DNA from: Solirubrobacterales bacterium
Lineage (GTDB): Bacteria; Actinomycetota; Thermoleophilia; Solirubrobacterales; 70-9
NCBI GenBank assembly: GCA_036557525.1
Contig: DATBHH010000080.1
Coordinates: 13,746-77,745 of the forward strand
Direction of reading: 5' to 3'
Length of the DNA: 64,000 nt
The first letter of the stretch is position 1; each line of letters starts with the position of its first letter. Of the stretch, positions 44,184 to 53,026 are shown piece after piece. A program made the position numbers and the translations under genes. The notes beneath the pieces were generated by a model. It saw only the letters and a list, made by a program, of their open reading frames with translations, was not told the origin of the DNA and made no database searches.

Positions 44184-45343
44184 GCGAGCTCCTCGAGATC
44201 CGCAACCTCGGCGGCCTCTTCAGCGGGCGCCTCGGCGACGGGCTGCGCGACGTCGAGGCGATCCGAATCGAGGACGGGCGAATCGCGTCGTTCGACGCCG
44301 GCGAGGGCGCCGAGACGGTGATCGACGCGGGCGGCGCCATCGCCGTCCCCGGGCTGATCGACTCCCACGTCCACGTCGTCTTCGGCGACTGGACCCCGCG
44401 GCAGTCCGCCCTCGGGTGGATCGAGTCCTCGATGCACGGCGGGGTGACGATGATGATGTCCGCCTCCGAGGTCCACCTCCCCGGCCGACCGCGGGACCGC
44501 GAGGGGGTGAAGGCGCTGGCGGTCGCCGCCCAGCGGGCCTTCCGGGAGTTCCGGCCCGGCGGCGTCAAGGTCCTCGCCGGGTCGGTGATCATCGAGCCCA
44601 GCCTCGAGCCCTCCGACTTCGCCGAGCTCGCCGCTCACGGGGTCGGCCTCGCCAAGGTCGGGTTCGGCGACTTTCACCCTCAGGCCGACGCGGCGCCGCT
44701 CGTGCGCGCAGCCCAGGCGGCCGGCTTCGTGGTAATGAACCACACCGGCGGGGCGTCGATACCAGATTCCTCGCCGGTCACGATCGATGACGTTCTCGCC
44801 CTCGGCTGCGACATCATCGGCCATGCCAACGGGGGGACCACGGCGCTTCCCGACGCCGATCTGCCGCGGCTCTTCGAGGCGCCCGGCGCAATCCAGCTCG
44901 TGCAGGCGGGGAACCTCCGCTCCTCCCTGGCGATCCTCGAGATCGCCAGGGAGCGCGACGCGCTCGACCGGATCGTGCTTGCCACCGACACCCCGACCGG
45001 CACCGGGGTCATGCCACTCGGGATGGTCAAGACGGTCTGCGAGATCTCCTCGCTCGGGCGCATCCCGGCCGGGGACGCCGTCGCTCTGGCGACCGGCAAC
45101 AACGGCGCCGTCCTGCGCCGGGAGGAGGGCGTGCTGGAGCCCGGCCGGCCGGCCGACCTGTTCCTCTGCTTCGCGCCGCTCGGGTCAGCCTGGGAGGACC
45201 CGGTGGCGGCGATCGAGCACGGCGACATCCCCGGCATCGCCGCTGTCGTCATCGACGGCGGCCTGCGGGCGCTGAGGTCGCGAAACACCCCGGCGCCCGC
45301 CGGCGGATGCGCAATCGTCGAGGGGGCGGGGGTGGGGGCGTGA
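44180..45343 (+). CDS. amidohydrolase-superfamily enzyme (enamidase/imidazolonepropionase-like)
   Basis: The TTG at 44180 overlaps the upstream stop (TTGA). IAVPGLIDSHVHVVFGD (HxH). Body of ORF 43943..45343. Confidence 0.75.
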   Translation: MSELLEIRNLGGLFSGRLGDGLRDVEAIRIEDGRIASFDAGEGAETVIDAGGAIAVPGLIDSHVHVVFGDWTPRQSALGWIESSMHGGVTMMMSASEVHLPGRPRDREGVKALAVAAQRAFREFRPGGVKVLAGSVIIEPSLEPSDFAELAAHGVGLAKVGFGDFHPQADAAPLVRAAQAAGFVVMNHTGGASIPDSSPVTIDDVLALGCDIIGHANGGTTALPDADLPRLFEAPGAIQLVQAGNLRSSLAILEIARERDALDRIVLATDTPTGTGVMPLGMVKTVCEISSLGRIPAGDAVALATGNNGAVLRREEGVLEPGRPADLFLCFAPLGSAWEDPVAAIEHGDIPGIAAVVIDGGLRALRSRNTPAPAGGCAIVEGAGVGA

Positions 45344-45933
45344 CCGAGGTGGCGGTACCCGCACGCGAGGCCCGCACGATCGAGGTCGGCGCCGGCCAGA
45401 TCCTGGAGGTGATCGACGTCGAGGGCCGCCAGGTCGGCGATCTCGCCGCCTGGATGGCGGCCGACCCTGACGAGTACATGTCTCCGGGCCACACCCTCTC
45501 CTGCCTGACGAAGCTGACGCCCGAGGTCGGGGACAGGATCTTCTCCAACCACAGGCGGCCGCTGCTGGAGATCGTCGCCGACGAGGTCGGCCGCCACGAC
45601 CTGATCGTCCCCTGCTGCGACCCGGAGCGCTACTCGCGCGACTACGGGGTCGAGGGCCATCCCTCATGCCTCGCCTCGCTGCAGCAGGCACTCGAGGAGT
45701 CCGGGCGGGATCTCCCCCTCCGCGGCGAGCAGTGCTGGAACGTGTTCATGAACAACCGCCACGAGAACGGCCGGATCGTCACCCACGAGCCTGAGCACGG
45801 CCCCGGGTCGAAGCTCACGCTGAGGGCTCTCGAGGACATGGTCGTCGCCCTGTCCGCCTGTCCGCAGGACCTCTCGCCCTGCAACGCCTACGAACCGACC
45901 TCGATGGCGCTCGGTGTGCGAGGGGAGGCATGA
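45340..45933 (+). CDS. DUF1989 (urea-carboxylase-associated) family protein, copy 1
   Basis: GTGA overlap upstream. VPAREARTIEVGAGQILEVIDVEGRQVGDLAAW...SPGHT...NHRRPLLEIVADEVGRHDLIVPCCD. Confidence 0.7.
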   Translation: MTEVAVPAREARTIEVGAGQILEVIDVEGRQVGDLAAWMAADPDEYMSPGHTLSCLTKLTPEVGDRIFSNHRRPLLEIVADEVGRHDLIVPCCDPERYSRDYGVEGHPSCLASLQQALEESGRDLPLRGEQCWNVFMNNRHENGRIVTHEPEHGPGSKLTLRALEDMVVALSACPQDLSPCNAYEPTSMALGVRGEA

Positions 45934-46658
45934 GCGTGGTGACCGCGGGGCCGGGCACCGATGCCCGCGAGGCGGTCGCCTCGGCGGCGCGACTGCTGGC
46001 GGCCGCCGGGCTGGTCGAGGGGTTCGGCCACGTCTCGGTCCGGGCCCCGGAAGGCTTCCTGATCACCGCGACCGACCCGCTGGGCAGTGCCGCGGAGGCG
46101 CGGGTCCACGCGATCGCCGCCACCGGCGAGGCGGAGCCCGAGGCCGAGGGGGTCCCGATCGAGGCCCCGCTCCACGCCGCCGTCTACTCGGCGCGTCCCG
46201 ACGTGGCGGCGATCTGCCGCACCCACTCGCCGGCGATGGTCGCCTTCGGCGCCCGCGGCGAGGTCCCGCCGCTGTTCCACGGCCTCGGCGGGCTCGCCGG
46301 CGAGGTGCGCCTGCATCCCGCCACCGGTCTGATCGCCTCGCGCGAGGCCGGCGAGGACGCCGTCGGCTCGCTCGGGGTCGCCGACTGCCTGATCCTGCGC
46401 GCCAACGGCGGTATCGCCACCGGCCCGGACATCGGCCGGGCGTGCGTGCGCGCCTACTTCCTGGAGGAGCGATGCAAGGTCGCGCTCGCCGCGGGTCCCG
46501 CCGCGGTGGAGTTGTCCGACGCGGACACGGCTGCTCGCTCTCGCTGGTTTGCGCCCGAGGCGGCCCGGGCGTGGAGATGGCTTCAGTGGCGGTTCGGGGA
46601 TGGCCCCGTCGTGCCAGCTGAGGAGGCAGTCAAAGGCAAGGATAGGAGCCACCCATGA
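45930..46658 (+). CDS. class II aldolase/adducin-domain protein
   Basis: ASAARLLAAAGLVEGFGHVSVR...EAPLHAAVYSARPDVAAICRTHSP. ATGA overlaps at both ends. Confidence 0.8.
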   Translation: MSVVTAGPGTDAREAVASAARLLAAAGLVEGFGHVSVRAPEGFLITATDPLGSAAEARVHAIAATGEAEPEAEGVPIEAPLHAAVYSARPDVAAICRTHSPAMVAFGARGEVPPLFHGLGGLAGEVRLHPATGLIASREAGEDAVGSLGVADCLILRANGGIATGPDIGRACVRAYFLEERCKVALAAGPAAVELSDADTAARSRWFAPEAARAWRWLQWRFGDGPVVPAEEAVKGKDRSHP

Positions 46659-47698
46659 ATGGATCGACGAAGAGGCCGCTGGCAACCGCGGCAGCCCTGC
46701 TTGCGGCGGCCGCGCTGAGCATCGGCGTTGCGGCATGCGGCGGCAGCGGAGAATCGACGACGGCCGAATCGAGCTCGGGCGGAGCGCTCAGCTCGATGAC
46801 CGACGCCACCCTGGTGCTCGACTTCATCCCGAACGGGGTTCACGCCGGCATCTACCGCGCGTTGGAAGAAGGCTATTACAGCGAAAACAACATCAACCTC
46901 AAGATCATCCAGCCGACGTCGACGGCCGACACCCTGAAACTGATCGACGCGGGCAAGGCGGACTTCGGGATCGCCGACGGGATCGATGTCGGCAACCAGA
47001 TCGTCGAAGGTCGCGACGCGAAGGGGGTCATGGCGCTGCTCGAGCATCCTCCCGGTGGGCTGATCACACTGAAAAAGAGCGGGATCACCGACCCCAAGGA
47101 ACTTGAAGGCGAAACGGTCGGGATCACCGGCGTGCCCTCCGACACTGCGATTCTCAACACGGTCGTCTCCGACGCCGGCGGCAACCCCGAAAACATCAAC
47201 GTCGTGACGATCGGGTTCAACGGGGTCCAGAACCTGGAAAACGAAAAGGTCGCGGCCTTCACCGGCTTCGTCCCGGCCGACGGCGTCCAGGTCGAACAGA
47301 ACGGCAACCCGATCGAATCGTTCCCGCTCGACGAATGGGGCGGGCCCAGCTATCCCGGGCTGGTCGTCTTCTCGACCCAGGAAAAGATCATGCAGGATCC
47401 GGCGTTGATGCAGGCGTTCGTCTCGGCGACCATCAAGGGGTACGAAGAAACCTTCAAAACCCCCGACAAGAGCATCGAAGACCTGGTCGACGCGAATCCG
47501 GGGATCAACGAAGAACTGGCGAAAGCGACGCTGAGCGCCTATATGCCGCTGTTCGAAGGAGAAGGTGAATACGGCGAATTCGAAACCAAGAACATCGAAG
47601 CGCTGTCCAAGTTCATGGTCGAAAACGAACTCGCGAAGTCGGGGTTCACGCCCGAACGCTACGGAACCAACGAGTTCGTCACCGGCGAAGAAGGGTGA
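46655..47698 (+). CDS. ABC transporter substrate-binding lipoprotein, NMT1/THI5-like (NitT/TauT family)
   Basis: Lipobox LSIGVAACGG. FIPNGVHAGIYRALEEGYY, GKADFGIA. Confidence 0.8.
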   Translation: MNGSTKRPLATAAALLAAAALSIGVAACGGSGESTTAESSSGGALSSMTDATLVLDFIPNGVHAGIYRALEEGYYSENNINLKIIQPTSTADTLKLIDAGKADFGIADGIDVGNQIVEGRDAKGVMALLEHPPGGLITLKKSGITDPKELEGETVGITGVPSDTAILNTVVSDAGGNPENINVVTIGFNGVQNLENEKVAAFTGFVPADGVQVEQNGNPIESFPLDEWGGPSYPGLVVFSTQEKIMQDPALMQAFVSATIKGYEETFKTPDKSIEDLVDANPGINEELAKATLSAYMPLFEGEGEYGEFETKNIEALSKFMVENELAKSGFTPERYGTNEFVTGEEG

Positions 47699-47719
47699 CG
47701 CGGGGTCGAGCGTGACCAG

Positions 47720-48301
47720 GTGAGCGGGACGGCTGCCAGGATCGAGCCCGGCGAGGCCGTGGCGATCGAGCTCGTCGAGGGAGAGGAGCTCGTCGTCACG
47801 GCTCCCGACGGCGGCCAGGGGGGCGACCTCTCCTTCGCCGGGTTCGACCAGGCCCTGACCCGCAACGCCAACGGCTGGGAGCGCTACGGCGAGCCCTGGC
47901 TCGTCCTCTGGGTCGAGGAGGGAATGCGACTGTTCGACGTCGACGCGGAGCCGGTGCTTGCGGTGGGGCCCAGCCGCGGTCCCGGCCATCTCGACGTCAC
48001 CTATCCGGGGTGCTGGAGTGAGATCTACGAGGACCGGCGCCTCGGGTGCCAGGACCTGATCTCGGCTGCGCTCGGGATCGAGCGACGCGAGCTGACCGGG
48101 ATGTTGTCGTTCTTCATGGACGGCGAGGTCGAGGGCGGCGTCTATCGGGGCTTCTCGCGCCCCGCGGTCGTCGAGGCCGGCGACTACGTGACCTTCAGCG
48201 CGCTGCGCCCGGTCGAGGTCGCCGTCAGCGCCTGCCCGGACGACGCCGTCAGCGGCTGGCGACCGGCGGCCCTGGAGATCGAGGTGCGCGACGATGGCTG
48301 A
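47720..48301 (+). CDS. DUF1989 family protein, copy 2 (divergent)
   Basis: RIEPGEAVAIELVEGEELVVTAPDGGQGGDLSFAGF has the same beta-barrel opening pattern as copy 1, and the length is similar. Confidence 0.6.
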   Translation: MSGTAARIEPGEAVAIELVEGEELVVTAPDGGQGGDLSFAGFDQALTRNANGWERYGEPWLVLWVEEGMRLFDVDAEPVLAVGPSRGPGHLDVTYPGCWSEIYEDRRLGCQDLISAALGIERRELTGMLSFFMDGEVEGGVYRGFSRPAVVEAGDYVTFSALRPVEVAVSACPDDAVSGWRPAALEIEVRDDG

Positions 48302-49118
48302 CGCCGGGGCCGGGATCGCGAACGGGTCGGTCCCGAAGCTGCGCGCAGAGGGCCTCTGCAAGACCTATCCGAGCGCCGGCGGTCCCGGCGACGTCGCCGC
48401 CCTCCGCGACGTCGAGTTCGAGGTCGGCGCCGGGGAGTTCGTCTCGATCGTCGGCCCCTCCGGCTGCGGCAAGTCGACGCTGTTCAGCATCATCGCCGGC
48501 CTGATCCGGCCGTCGGCGGGCAACGTCCTGCTCGACGGCAGCGAGCCGAAGCAGCTCCTGGGCGAGATCGGCTACATGCTCCAGCGCGATTTGCTGATGC
48601 CGTGGCGCACCGTCCTCGACAACACCACGGTCGGCCTCGAGTTGAACGGAGTATCGCGCCGGAAGGCCCGGCGTCGTGCGCTCGACGAGTTCGAGCGCTT
48701 CGGCCTGACCGGGTTCGAGCGCCACTGGCCGGCGAAGCTCTCGGGCGGGATGCGCCAGCGGGCCGCGCTTCTGCGGACCTTCCTCGCCGGTCGCCAGGTG
48801 ATGCTCCTCGACGAGCCGTTCGGGGCCCTCGACGCCCTGACGAGGCAGCGGATGCAGGAGTGGCTGCTCGACATCTGGCAGGAAGACAGCAAGACCATCG
48901 TCTTCGTCACCCACGACGTCGAGGAGGCCGTATTCCTGTCCGACCGGGTCCACGTGATGTCGGGAAGGCCCGGCCGGATAGTCCTCAGCCTCGAGGTCGA
49001 CCTGCCCCGGCCGCGCAATCCGCAGGTGACGATGACCGAGAAGTTCCTTGGCCTCAAGCAGCGCCTGATGGAACCACTGGAGGAGGCAATCGGGCCTCCG
49101 GGGAAGCGGGAGGCCTGA
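48294..49118 (+). CDS. ABC transporter ATP-binding protein (NitT/TauT type)
   Basis: Walker A GPSGCGKST, signature LSGGMRQR, Walker B MLLDEPFGALD. Confidence 0.9.
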   Translation: MADAGAGIANGSVPKLRAEGLCKTYPSAGGPGDVAALRDVEFEVGAGEFVSIVGPSGCGKSTLFSIIAGLIRPSAGNVLLDGSEPKQLLGEIGYMLQRDLLMPWRTVLDNTTVGLELNGVSRRKARRRALDEFERFGLTGFERHWPAKLSGGMRQRAALLRTFLAGRQVMLLDEPFGALDALTRQRMQEWLLDIWQEDSKTIVFVTHDVEEAVFLSDRVHVMSGRPGRIVLSLEVDLPRPRNPQVTMTEKFLGLKQRLMEPLEEAIGPPGKREA

Positions 49119-49993
49119 TGGCGACCGCGGGCTCGGTGATGGGGCTCGGCCGCAGAGCGAGGCCGCGCGGGCCCGCCTCGATCGGCCGCCGCCTGGGGCG
49201 CGCCGCAAAGGGGGCGCTGCCGCCGCTGGTGTTCGCCGCGATCGCCCTCGGGCTCTGGCAGCTCTACGCGACGGTGAGCGGCGTTTCCTCGGCGACGCTG
49301 CCGAAGCCGACCGAAATCGCCAAGGCGCTGGTCGAAGAACGGTCGCTCCTGCTCGAAAACGCCTGGGTGACGATCGAGGAGATACTGCTCGGGTTCGGGC
49401 TGGCGATCGTGGTCGGGATCATCCTCGCCGTGCTGATCCGCTCCTCGCGCATCATCGAACGCGCGATCTACCCCTGGCTGGTGGCATCGCAGATGGTCCC
49501 GATTCCGGCGATCGCACCGCTGATCGTCATCTGGACCGGCTTCGATCTGCGACCGAAGGTGATCGTGATAGCCCTCGTCTGCTTCTTCCCGATCACGGTC
49601 AACGCGATCGACGGCCTCAGGGCCGCCGACCCCGAGCTCCTCAACCTGCTGAAGACGCTGCGCGCCGGCCGCTGGCAGCGGTTCCGCAAGGCCCAGCTCC
49701 CGGCGGCGCTGCCGTTCATCTTCTCGGGCCTCAAGGTCGGCGCGGCCTTCAGCGTGATCGGCGCCGTCTTCGCCGAGTGGGTCGGCTCCTCCGAAGGGCT
49801 GGGCTACCTGATCCTGCTCCTCAACAACCAGACCGCGACGACCGCGATGTTCGCCGTGATCGTCGTCCTCGCCGCGATCGGGATCGGCCTTTTCCTCCTC
49901 GTCCGCCTTCTCGAGCACCTGGCGCTGCCCTGGTATTACGAGGGACGGGGCGAGGAGCCCGAGGGCCTCGGCATCGACACGGGCCAGTCGTGA
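49118..49993 (+). CDS. ABC transporter permease
   Basis: The ATG at 49118 overlaps the ATPase stop (TGATG). Six hydrophobic spans. EAA-like loop NAIDGLRAADPELLNLLKTLRA. Confidence 0.85.
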   Translation: MATAGSVMGLGRRARPRGPASIGRRLGRAAKGALPPLVFAAIALGLWQLYATVSGVSSATLPKPTEIAKALVEERSLLLENAWVTIEEILLGFGLAIVVGIILAVLIRSSRIIERAIYPWLVASQMVPIPAIAPLIVIWTGFDLRPKVIVIALVCFFPITVNAIDGLRAADPELLNLLKTLRAGRWQRFRKAQLPAALPFIFSGLKVGAAFSVIGAVFAEWVGSSEGLGYLILLLNNQTATTAMFAVIVVLAAIGIGLFLLVRLLEHLALPWYYEGRGEEPEGLGIDTGQS

Positions 49994-51405
49994 GCGGAAA
50001 GCCGGCCACCGTCGTCCGCGGCGCCTGGGCGCTGACCATGGACCCCGCGCTGGGCCCGGTCCGCGACGGTGCGGTCGCGATCGGCTCCGACGGCTCGATC
50101 CTCGACGTCGGCCCGGCCGAGGCGATCGTCGCCGCCGACCCCGAGGCCGAGGTGGTGGGCGACGGCAACGGGATCGTGCTTCCCGGCCTCGTCAATGCCC
50201 ACACCCACCTCAGCGAGTGCCTGATCGGCGGGATGGGCGAGACGGCGAACCTCTTCGAGTGGTTCGAGCGGGTCGTGAACCCGGCCGGGAGGGTGATCGA
50301 GCGTTCCGACATGAACGTCGGCACCCGGCTCAAGAGCATCGAGATGCTCCGTTCGGGGATCACGACGGTCAACGACATGACCTGCCACCGGAACCTCGGA
50401 GCCGAGGTCGCGCTCGGAGCCGTCGACGGCCTGGCGGCCATGGGCATGCGGGCGATCGTCAGCTTCGGGGCCGAGGACGCCTATCCCGGCGCCCCCCGGC
50501 CGGAGGCCTTCATGGCCGAGCACGAGGAGCTGGCGGACCGGATCTCCGACGAGCCGCTGATCGGGTTCCGGCTCGGGGTCGGCACCGTTCTCGGGATCAG
50601 CCCAGCCCTGTTCGAGATGACGGTCGAGGCCGGTCGCGAGCACGGATGGGGAGTGCACACCCATCTCGCCGAGGTCCGCGAGGAGCTAAGCGAGGCCAGG
50701 GTCCGCTACGGGCACGGGACGATTGAGGAGGCGGACCGGGTCGGGATGCTCGAGCTCGAGGTGATCGCCGGCCACTGCATCTGGTGCGGCGAGCGGGACA
50801 TCGGCCTGCTTGCGAGCCGCGACGTCGCGGTCGCCCACAACCCGGTCGCGAACATGATCCTCGCCTCGGGGATCTGCCCCGTCCCCCGCCTCCTGCGCGA
50901 GGGGGTCGCGGTCGGCCTCGGGACCGACGGGGCCGCCTCGAACGACAACCAGGACATGTTCGGAGTCCTGAAGTGCGCGGCACTGCTGCAGAAGGTCGGT
51001 GCCCTCGACGCCGCAGCGATGACGGCGCCGGCGGTGCTGGAGATGGCGACGGCCGGCGGTGCACGCGCGCTCGGCCTCGAGGGGTCAATCGGCAGCCTCA
51101 GCCCCGGCAAGCGGGGCGACATCGTCCTCCTCGACGGCAACACGCCCGAGCTCGCTGCGATCCACGACCCCTTCCAGCAGGTCGTCTACTGCGCGACGGC
51201 CCGGTGCGTCTCCGACGTCTGGGTCGACGGGACACGTCGGTTGCGCGGCGGCGAGGTGATCGGTGCGGACCTGCGGGCGCTGAGCGGCGAGGCGCGCGAG
51301 GCCGCGGTCGCGCTGGCGAAGCGCGCCGGTCTCGGCGCGGAGTCCGTCTACGCCGGGCCAGGGAGGCTGACGGAGTCCGAGGCGATCCTTGAGCGAATCG
51401 GTTGA
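49990..51405 (+). CDS. amidohydrolase-superfamily deaminase/chlorohydrolase-like enzyme (SsnA/TrzA/guanine-deaminase group)
   Basis: GTGA overlap upstream. LPGLVNAHTHLSE (HxH), HTHLAEVREE, GTDGAASN. Confidence 0.8.
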   Translation: MSGKPATVVRGAWALTMDPALGPVRDGAVAIGSDGSILDVGPAEAIVAADPEAEVVGDGNGIVLPGLVNAHTHLSECLIGGMGETANLFEWFERVVNPAGRVIERSDMNVGTRLKSIEMLRSGITTVNDMTCHRNLGAEVALGAVDGLAAMGMRAIVSFGAEDAYPGAPRPEAFMAEHEELADRISDEPLIGFRLGVGTVLGISPALFEMTVEAGREHGWGVHTHLAEVREELSEARVRYGHGTIEEADRVGMLELEVIAGHCIWCGERDIGLLASRDVAVAHNPVANMILASGICPVPRLLREGVAVGLGTDGAASNDNQDMFGVLKCAALLQKVGALDAAAMTAPAVLEMATAGGARALGLEGSIGSLSPGKRGDIVLLDGNTPELAAIHDPFQQVVYCATARCVSDVWVDGTRRLRGGEVIGADLRALSGEAREAAVALAKRAGLGAESVYAGPGRLTESEAILERIG

Positions 51406-53026
51406 CGTCTGCCTGATCGGCGGCGGGCACAACGGGCTCGCCTGCGCCTGCTACCTGGCCCGCGCCGGCCTCGACGTCCTCGTCGTCGAGTCGGCCCGCG
51501 AGCCGGGGGGGTGCATCGCGACGGTGGAGCTGCCGGACGGTCGCGGCCGGCTCGAGCTCGGCGCCTACGAGCACGGGGGGATCCGCGCCAGCGGGGTGGT
51601 CGCCGACCTCGAGTTGGAGAGCCGCCACGGGCTGCGGTTCCACGAGCGCCGGGAGCTGACCCTCTCGCCCTGCGACGACGGCACCCAGCTGGCCTTCTGG
51701 AGCTCGCTCGAGCGGACCGTCGAGGCGCTCGGAGGCGTGGTCGGGCCCGCCGATGCCGAGGCATACCGCCGGTTCGCGGTTTGGGCCGACGCGGCGACGG
51801 GAGTCTTGAGCCAGGCCGACGGGGGCCCGCCGCCGACCCTGCGGCAGCTCGCTGCGCTGGCCGAGGCGGCTCTCGGCCGCGAGGGAGAGCGCCTGATCCA
51901 AGCCTTCCTCGCTCCGGCCAGCTCACTCGTCGCCGGCATCTTCGAGGACGGGCGCCTGCGCGGCGCGCTCGCGCACTGGGCGGCGCATTCTCAGCTCCCC
52001 CCACAGATGCCAGGCACGGGGGCCGGCGCGCTTTTCCTCGCCGCCGCCCACGGCTCGTCGGCGATCCGGCCGCATGGCGGGTCGCGGGGGACCGTGGACG
52101 CGCTGGTCAGCTGCCTCGAGGCGGCCGGCGGCAGGCTGCGCTGCTCGGCGCCGGCCGAAGCGATTGAGGTCTCCGGCGGGCGGGCCCGGGCGGTGGTCGC
52201 CGGCGGCGAGCGGATCGAGGCGCGCCGCGCGGTCGTCTCCGCGATCGACGCGCGTCGGGTGTTCCTCGGGCTGATCGACCCCGATGCCGTGCCTGCGCCC
52301 CTTCTGGCCGAGGTCGAGCGCATCCACGGCACCCAGCACAACGTCTCCGAGCTGAAGGTGGACGCGATCCTCTCGAGGTTGCCCGCGATCCCCGGCCCGG
52401 CGGGGTTCGAGCGCGCGTTCATGCTCTCCGCCAATCGGGGGACGGACATCGCCTCCGCCTTCGCCAGCATCTCCCTCGGCGAGCTCCCCGAGCGACCGCC
52501 GGTCATGATTGCGTTCCCCTCGACCCTCGAGCAGGGATGGGCCCCCGACGGCGGCGAGGTGGCCTGGATCTCGACCTTCGTCCCCTGGAGGCTCCGGGGG
52601 GGCGATTGGGGGTCCGGGAGCCTGGAGCGCGCAGCCGACCTCGCCTGGGGGACGGTCGAGCGGGCGCTGGGCTCCGAGCTCGCGGCGACCGAGAGGGTCA
52701 TCACCGGACCCGACGAGTGGGTCGCTCGCCACGGAAACGCGGGCGCCAACCCGAACCACATCGAGATGAGCATCGACCAGCTGATGGCGCTGCGCCCCTC
52801 GCCCGCGCTGGCCGGGTACCGGACGCCCGTTGCGGGGCTGTTTCTGACCGGCGCCGGGACGCACCCGGGAGGTGGGGTCACCGGTATGCCGGGCCGCAAC
52901 GCGGCGGCCGTCGTCCTCGCCGATCTCGGCATCTCGCGCCGAACCCGCGGCGCCCGAATTCGTGCCCAGATCGGCGTCCTGCGCGACGCTGCCCGTGCGG
53001 CCCGCGCCCTGCGGAGGGCCGCATGA
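51389..53026 (+). CDS. FAD/NAD(P)-dependent oxidoreductase, phytoene-desaturase (CrtI)-like
   Basis: VCLIGGGHNGLACACYLARAGLDVLVVESAREPGGC. C-terminal GLFLTGAGTHPGGGVTG. Confidence 0.8.
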   Translation: MSESVDVCLIGGGHNGLACACYLARAGLDVLVVESAREPGGCIATVELPDGRGRLELGAYEHGGIRASGVVADLELESRHGLRFHERRELTLSPCDDGTQLAFWSSLERTVEALGGVVGPADAEAYRRFAVWADAATGVLSQADGGPPPTLRQLAALAEAALGREGERLIQAFLAPASSLVAGIFEDGRLRGALAHWAAHSQLPPQMPGTGAGALFLAAAHGSSAIRPHGGSRGTVDALVSCLEAAGGRLRCSAPAEAIEVSGGRARAVVAGGERIEARRAVVSAIDARRVFLGLIDPDAVPAPLLAEVERIHGTQHNVSELKVDAILSRLPAIPGPAGFERAFMLSANRGTDIASAFASISLGELPERPPVMIAFPSTLEQGWAPDGGEVAWISTFVPWRLRGGDWGSGSLERAADLAWGTVERALGSELAATERVITGPDEWVARHGNAGANPNHIEMSIDQLMALRPSPALAGYRTPVAGLFLTGAGTHPGGGVTGMPGRNAAAVVLADLGISRRTRGARIRAQIGVLRDAARAARALRRAA

